Origin: Gemmatimonadaceae bacterium
GTDB lineage: Bacteria > Gemmatimonadota > Gemmatimonadetes > Gemmatimonadales > Gemmatimonadaceae
Assembly: GCA_040901985.1 (NCBI GenBank)
Contig: JBBDYC010000018.1
Coordinates: 1-42,712 of the forward strand
Direction: 5' to 3'
DNA length: 42,712 nt
Below, piece after piece: positions 40,518 to 42,712 of the stretch (positions are counted from its first letter, which is position 1; each line of letters begins with the position of its first letter). Under the pieces are notes generated by a model that did no database searches, had not been told where the DNA came from, and was given only the letters and a program-made list of their open reading frames with translations. A program made the translations under genes and the position numbers.

Positions 40518-40874
40518 ATGACGACGGACGCGGCGCAGACCCGGCGCGTCCTCGGCTTGCTCGGCCTCGGCGTCCGTGGACGGCGTGCGGTGGTGGGCGT
40601 GGAGCGGGTGCGGGACGCGGTGAAGAAGGGGACCGTGCGCGTGGCGGTGGTGGCAGCGGACGCCTCGCGGCACAGTCTCGACAAGATTGTCGGGTTGCTC
40701 GAGGCACGACACGTGCCGACGTTGCGCGTGGAGTCGGCAGGCGACCTCGGGGCGGCGGTGGGGCGGGAGACCACGGCGGTCGTCGGGGTGATGGATGCGC
40801 AGTTGGCCAAGGGAATTCTCGCCGCTGTCGGGACGACGGCGGCGCTGCAGTCAGGCTCACGGAGGAAGGGTTGA
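40518..40874 (+). CDS. L7Ae/YlxQ-family RNA-binding protein
   Basis: LGLLGLG.R.R..VVG, VAADAS, LGAAVGR, VGVMD..LA; typical position before infB. Confidence 0.88.
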   Translation: MTTDAAQTRRVLGLLGLGVRGRRAVVGVERVRDAVKKGTVRVAVVAADASRHSLDKIVGLLEARHVPTLRVESAGDLGAAVGRETTAVVGVMDAQLAKGILAAVGTTAALQSGSRRKG

Positions 40875-42712
40875 CGAAGCTTCGGGTTCACGAGTTGGCG
40901 TCTGAGTTCGGCATCTCTGCCGACGAAGCGATGGCGATGCTTCGGACGATGGAGATCGTGGTACGCACCCCCCAGTCGCCGCTCGCCGACGACCAGGTGG
41001 CGCGTGCGCGTGCCCGCTGGGAGCGCGAGAAGCGCTCGCGCGCCGGGAAGCTCGCCGCCGCCGCCGCGCCGGCCAGGAAGCGCCGCACCGCCGCTGAGGG
41101 TGCGCCGGCCGGGAAGACCACCCCCCCCGCCAAGAAGGCCGCCGCGAAGCAGCCTGCGGCGAAGAAGACCGCGGCGAAGAAGACCGCGGCGAAACAGCCG
41201 GCGGCGAAGAAGACGCCCGCGACCAAGGCGAAGGCCAAGGCCGCCCCCGAGCCGACGCCGGCGCCGGTCGTCGAGGAGCCCAAGCCCACCACGCGCCGCC
41301 GGCGCGCCGCCGGCGCCGCCGAGGCCGAGGCCGCCGGCGCCGAGGCCGAGGCCGAGGCCGAGGCGGCCGCGGTCCACGCGGCGGAGCGGGCGGCCGCCAA
41401 GGCGGAGCAGGACGTCAAGGATGCCGCCGTCGCCGCCGAGCAGGCCGCCATTCGCGCTCGCGCCGCCGAGATCGAGCGGCAACGCGCCGCCGACGCGGCG
41501 GAGGCCGAGCCGGCGCCGACGGCGGCCGGTCGGCCCGCCACCGCGGCGCGCCCGCGCCCGGCGGTCCCGTCGGCACCGCGTCCGCGCCCGGTGACCAGCG
41601 GCCTGCCGCTCCCGCCGCGTCCGATCGCGTCGGCGACGCCCGGCGGCGGACTGGCCGGCGGACGCCGTGAGGATCGCCCGCGGCCGGCGGGGTCGGGCTT
41701 CGGGGGCGGCGCCGCCACCGGGGCGCCGTCGGCCGGCCCGCGCCGCGGCAAGAAGGGGAAGCGCGTGGACCAGGAAGCGGTGACGGCCAACATCTCGCGT
41801 ACCATGCGCCAGATGGGAACGGCGCCCGGCAAGCGCCGCGGCGGCCGCGTGGACGAGTCCGCCCGCGAGGAACTCGCCGCGATCCGCGCCGAGATGGCCG
41901 AGCGCGAGAAGAAGACCGTCCGCGTCAACGAGTTCATCACGGTCAGCGAGCTCGCCGAGATCCTCAAGGTGCCGGCGACGCAGATCGTCTCGTTCGCCTT
42001 CAAGCACCTCGGGTTGATGGTGACCATCAATCAGCGGATGGACTTCGACCAGATCGAGCTGATCGCCAGCGAATTCAGCTACATCGCCGTGCGCGAGGAG
42101 GAGTACGCCGCCGCGCCCGAGGTCGAGGAGAAGGACGCCGAGGAGACGCTCCGGTCGCGTCCTCCGGTCGTCACCATCATGGGCCACGTGGACCACGGCA
42201 AGACGTCGTTGCTCGACCACATCCGCAAGGCGACCGTCGTCGCCGGCGAGGCCGGTGGCATCACGCAGCACATCGGGGCGTACCACGTCACGCTGCCCTC
42301 CGGCAAGGCAATCACCTTCCTCGACACGCCGGGCCACGAGGCGTTCACCGCGATGCGCGCCCGCGGCGCGCAGGTGACCGACATCGTCGTCCTCGTCGTC
42401 GCCGCCGACGATGCGGTGATGCCGCAGACGATCGAGGCGATCTCCCACGCGAAGAACGCCGGCGTGCCGATGATCGTCGCCATCAACAAGGTGGATCTCC
42501 CGACCGCCAACGCGATGAAGGTCCGCCAGGATCTCCTCCAGCACGGGGTGGTGCTCGAGGACTTCGGCGGGACCACGCTGGCCTCGGAGATCAGCGCCAA
42601 GACGGGCGCCGGCGTGCCCGGCCTGCTCGACCAGATCCTCCTCCAGGCCGAGATCCTCGACCTCAAGGCGAACCCCGAAAGCCGCGCCACCCGCCCCGCC
42701 GGGGTCCGCGCC
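40871..42712 (+). CDS. infB: Translation initiation factor IF-2 (5' part; runs off the window end)
   Basis: Absent from the ORF track because no stop is reached. TTG 40871 after GGAGG gives [14 protein letters not shown]; in-frame [44 protein letters not shown]. Confidence 0.97.
   Translation, partial: MTKLRVHELASEFGISADEAMAMLRTMEIVVRTPQSPLADDQVARARARWEREKRSRAGKLAAAAAPARKRRTAAEGAPAGKTTPPAKKAAAKQPAAKKTAAKKTAAKQPAAKKTPATKAKAKAAPEPTPAPVVEEPKPTTRRRRAAGAAEAEAAGAEAEAEAEAAAVHAAERAAAKAEQDVKDAAVAAEQAAIRARAAEIERQRAADAAEAEPAPTAAGRPATAARPRPAVPSAPRPRPVTSGLPLPPRPIASATPGGGLAGGRREDRPRPAGSGFGGGAATGAPSAGPRRGKKGKRVDQEAVTANISRTMRQMGTAPGKRRGGRVDESAREELAAIRAEMAEREKKTVRVNEFITVSELAEILKVPATQIVSFAFKHLGLMVTINQRMDFDQIELIASEFSYIAVREEEYAAAPEVEEKDAEETLRSRPPVVTIMGHVDHGKTSLLDHIRKATVVAGEAGGITQHIGAYHVTLPSGKAITFLDTPGHEAFTAMRARGAQVTDIVVLVVAADDAVMPQTIEAISHAKNAGVPMIVAINKVDLPTANAMKVRQDLLQHGVVLEDFGGTTLASEISAKTGAGVPGLLDQILLQAEILDLKANPESRATRPAGVRA
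41129..41218 (+). repeat. Six imperfect 15-bp coding repeats in infB ([30 protein letters not shown])
   Basis: Units such as GCGAAGAAGACCGCG repeated in frame. Confidence 0.85.

Noticed and set aside
41121..41128. C8 run in infB as a phase-variation or frameshift site
   Set aside because: The frame is intact through to the G domain and IF2 is essential; the run just encodes Thr-Pro-Pro.
41129..41218. 15-bp repeats considered as a CRISPR or other non-coding array
   Set aside because: No spacers, period is a multiple of three, and they lie in frame within infB; no cas genes in the window.

Overview
A very GC-rich (roughly 70% by eye), densely coding core-genome segment of a bacterium. Gene order and protein style suggest Gemmatimonadota (inference, not searched). 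Contents in order: pyrR-pyrB-pyrC plus a coiled-coil/zinc-finger hypothetical; rpsT (minus); site-2 protease-scpA-scpB-pseudouridine synthase; a MoxR-DUF58-Bat(VWA/TPR) operon; mutL-miaA-bshA; uppP-birA-coaX; CIRCE-preceded groES-groEL; a minus-strand run of roadblock protein, stand-alone receiver, ManC-like, GlmU-like, MBL hydrolase and beta-carbonic anhydrase; lipoprotein-serS-uvrD/pcrA-gatCAB; a minus-strand Zn-dependent PLC-like gene with a membrane coiled-coil gene; murA-pgeF; rimP-nusA-L7Ae-infB (cut by the window end). I see no mobile element, CRISPR array, tRNA/rRNA or defence island, and I cannot claim a proven new system. The best leads are: (1) an 11-bp motif GCTTGAC(T/G)TAG at the -35 of all three divergent promoter regions, two with homopolymer tracts in the spacer; (2) the orphan roadblock + receiver pair coupled to sugar-nucleotide genes; (3) near-total avoidance of GTCGAC that shapes codon choice; (4) several apparently leaderless genes; (5) a MutL with DVHGRA in place of CPHGRP and an Asp-type MurA; (6) Bat fusion proteins keeping internal signal-peptide-like segments. 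All product calls come from motif recognition; no database search was run.
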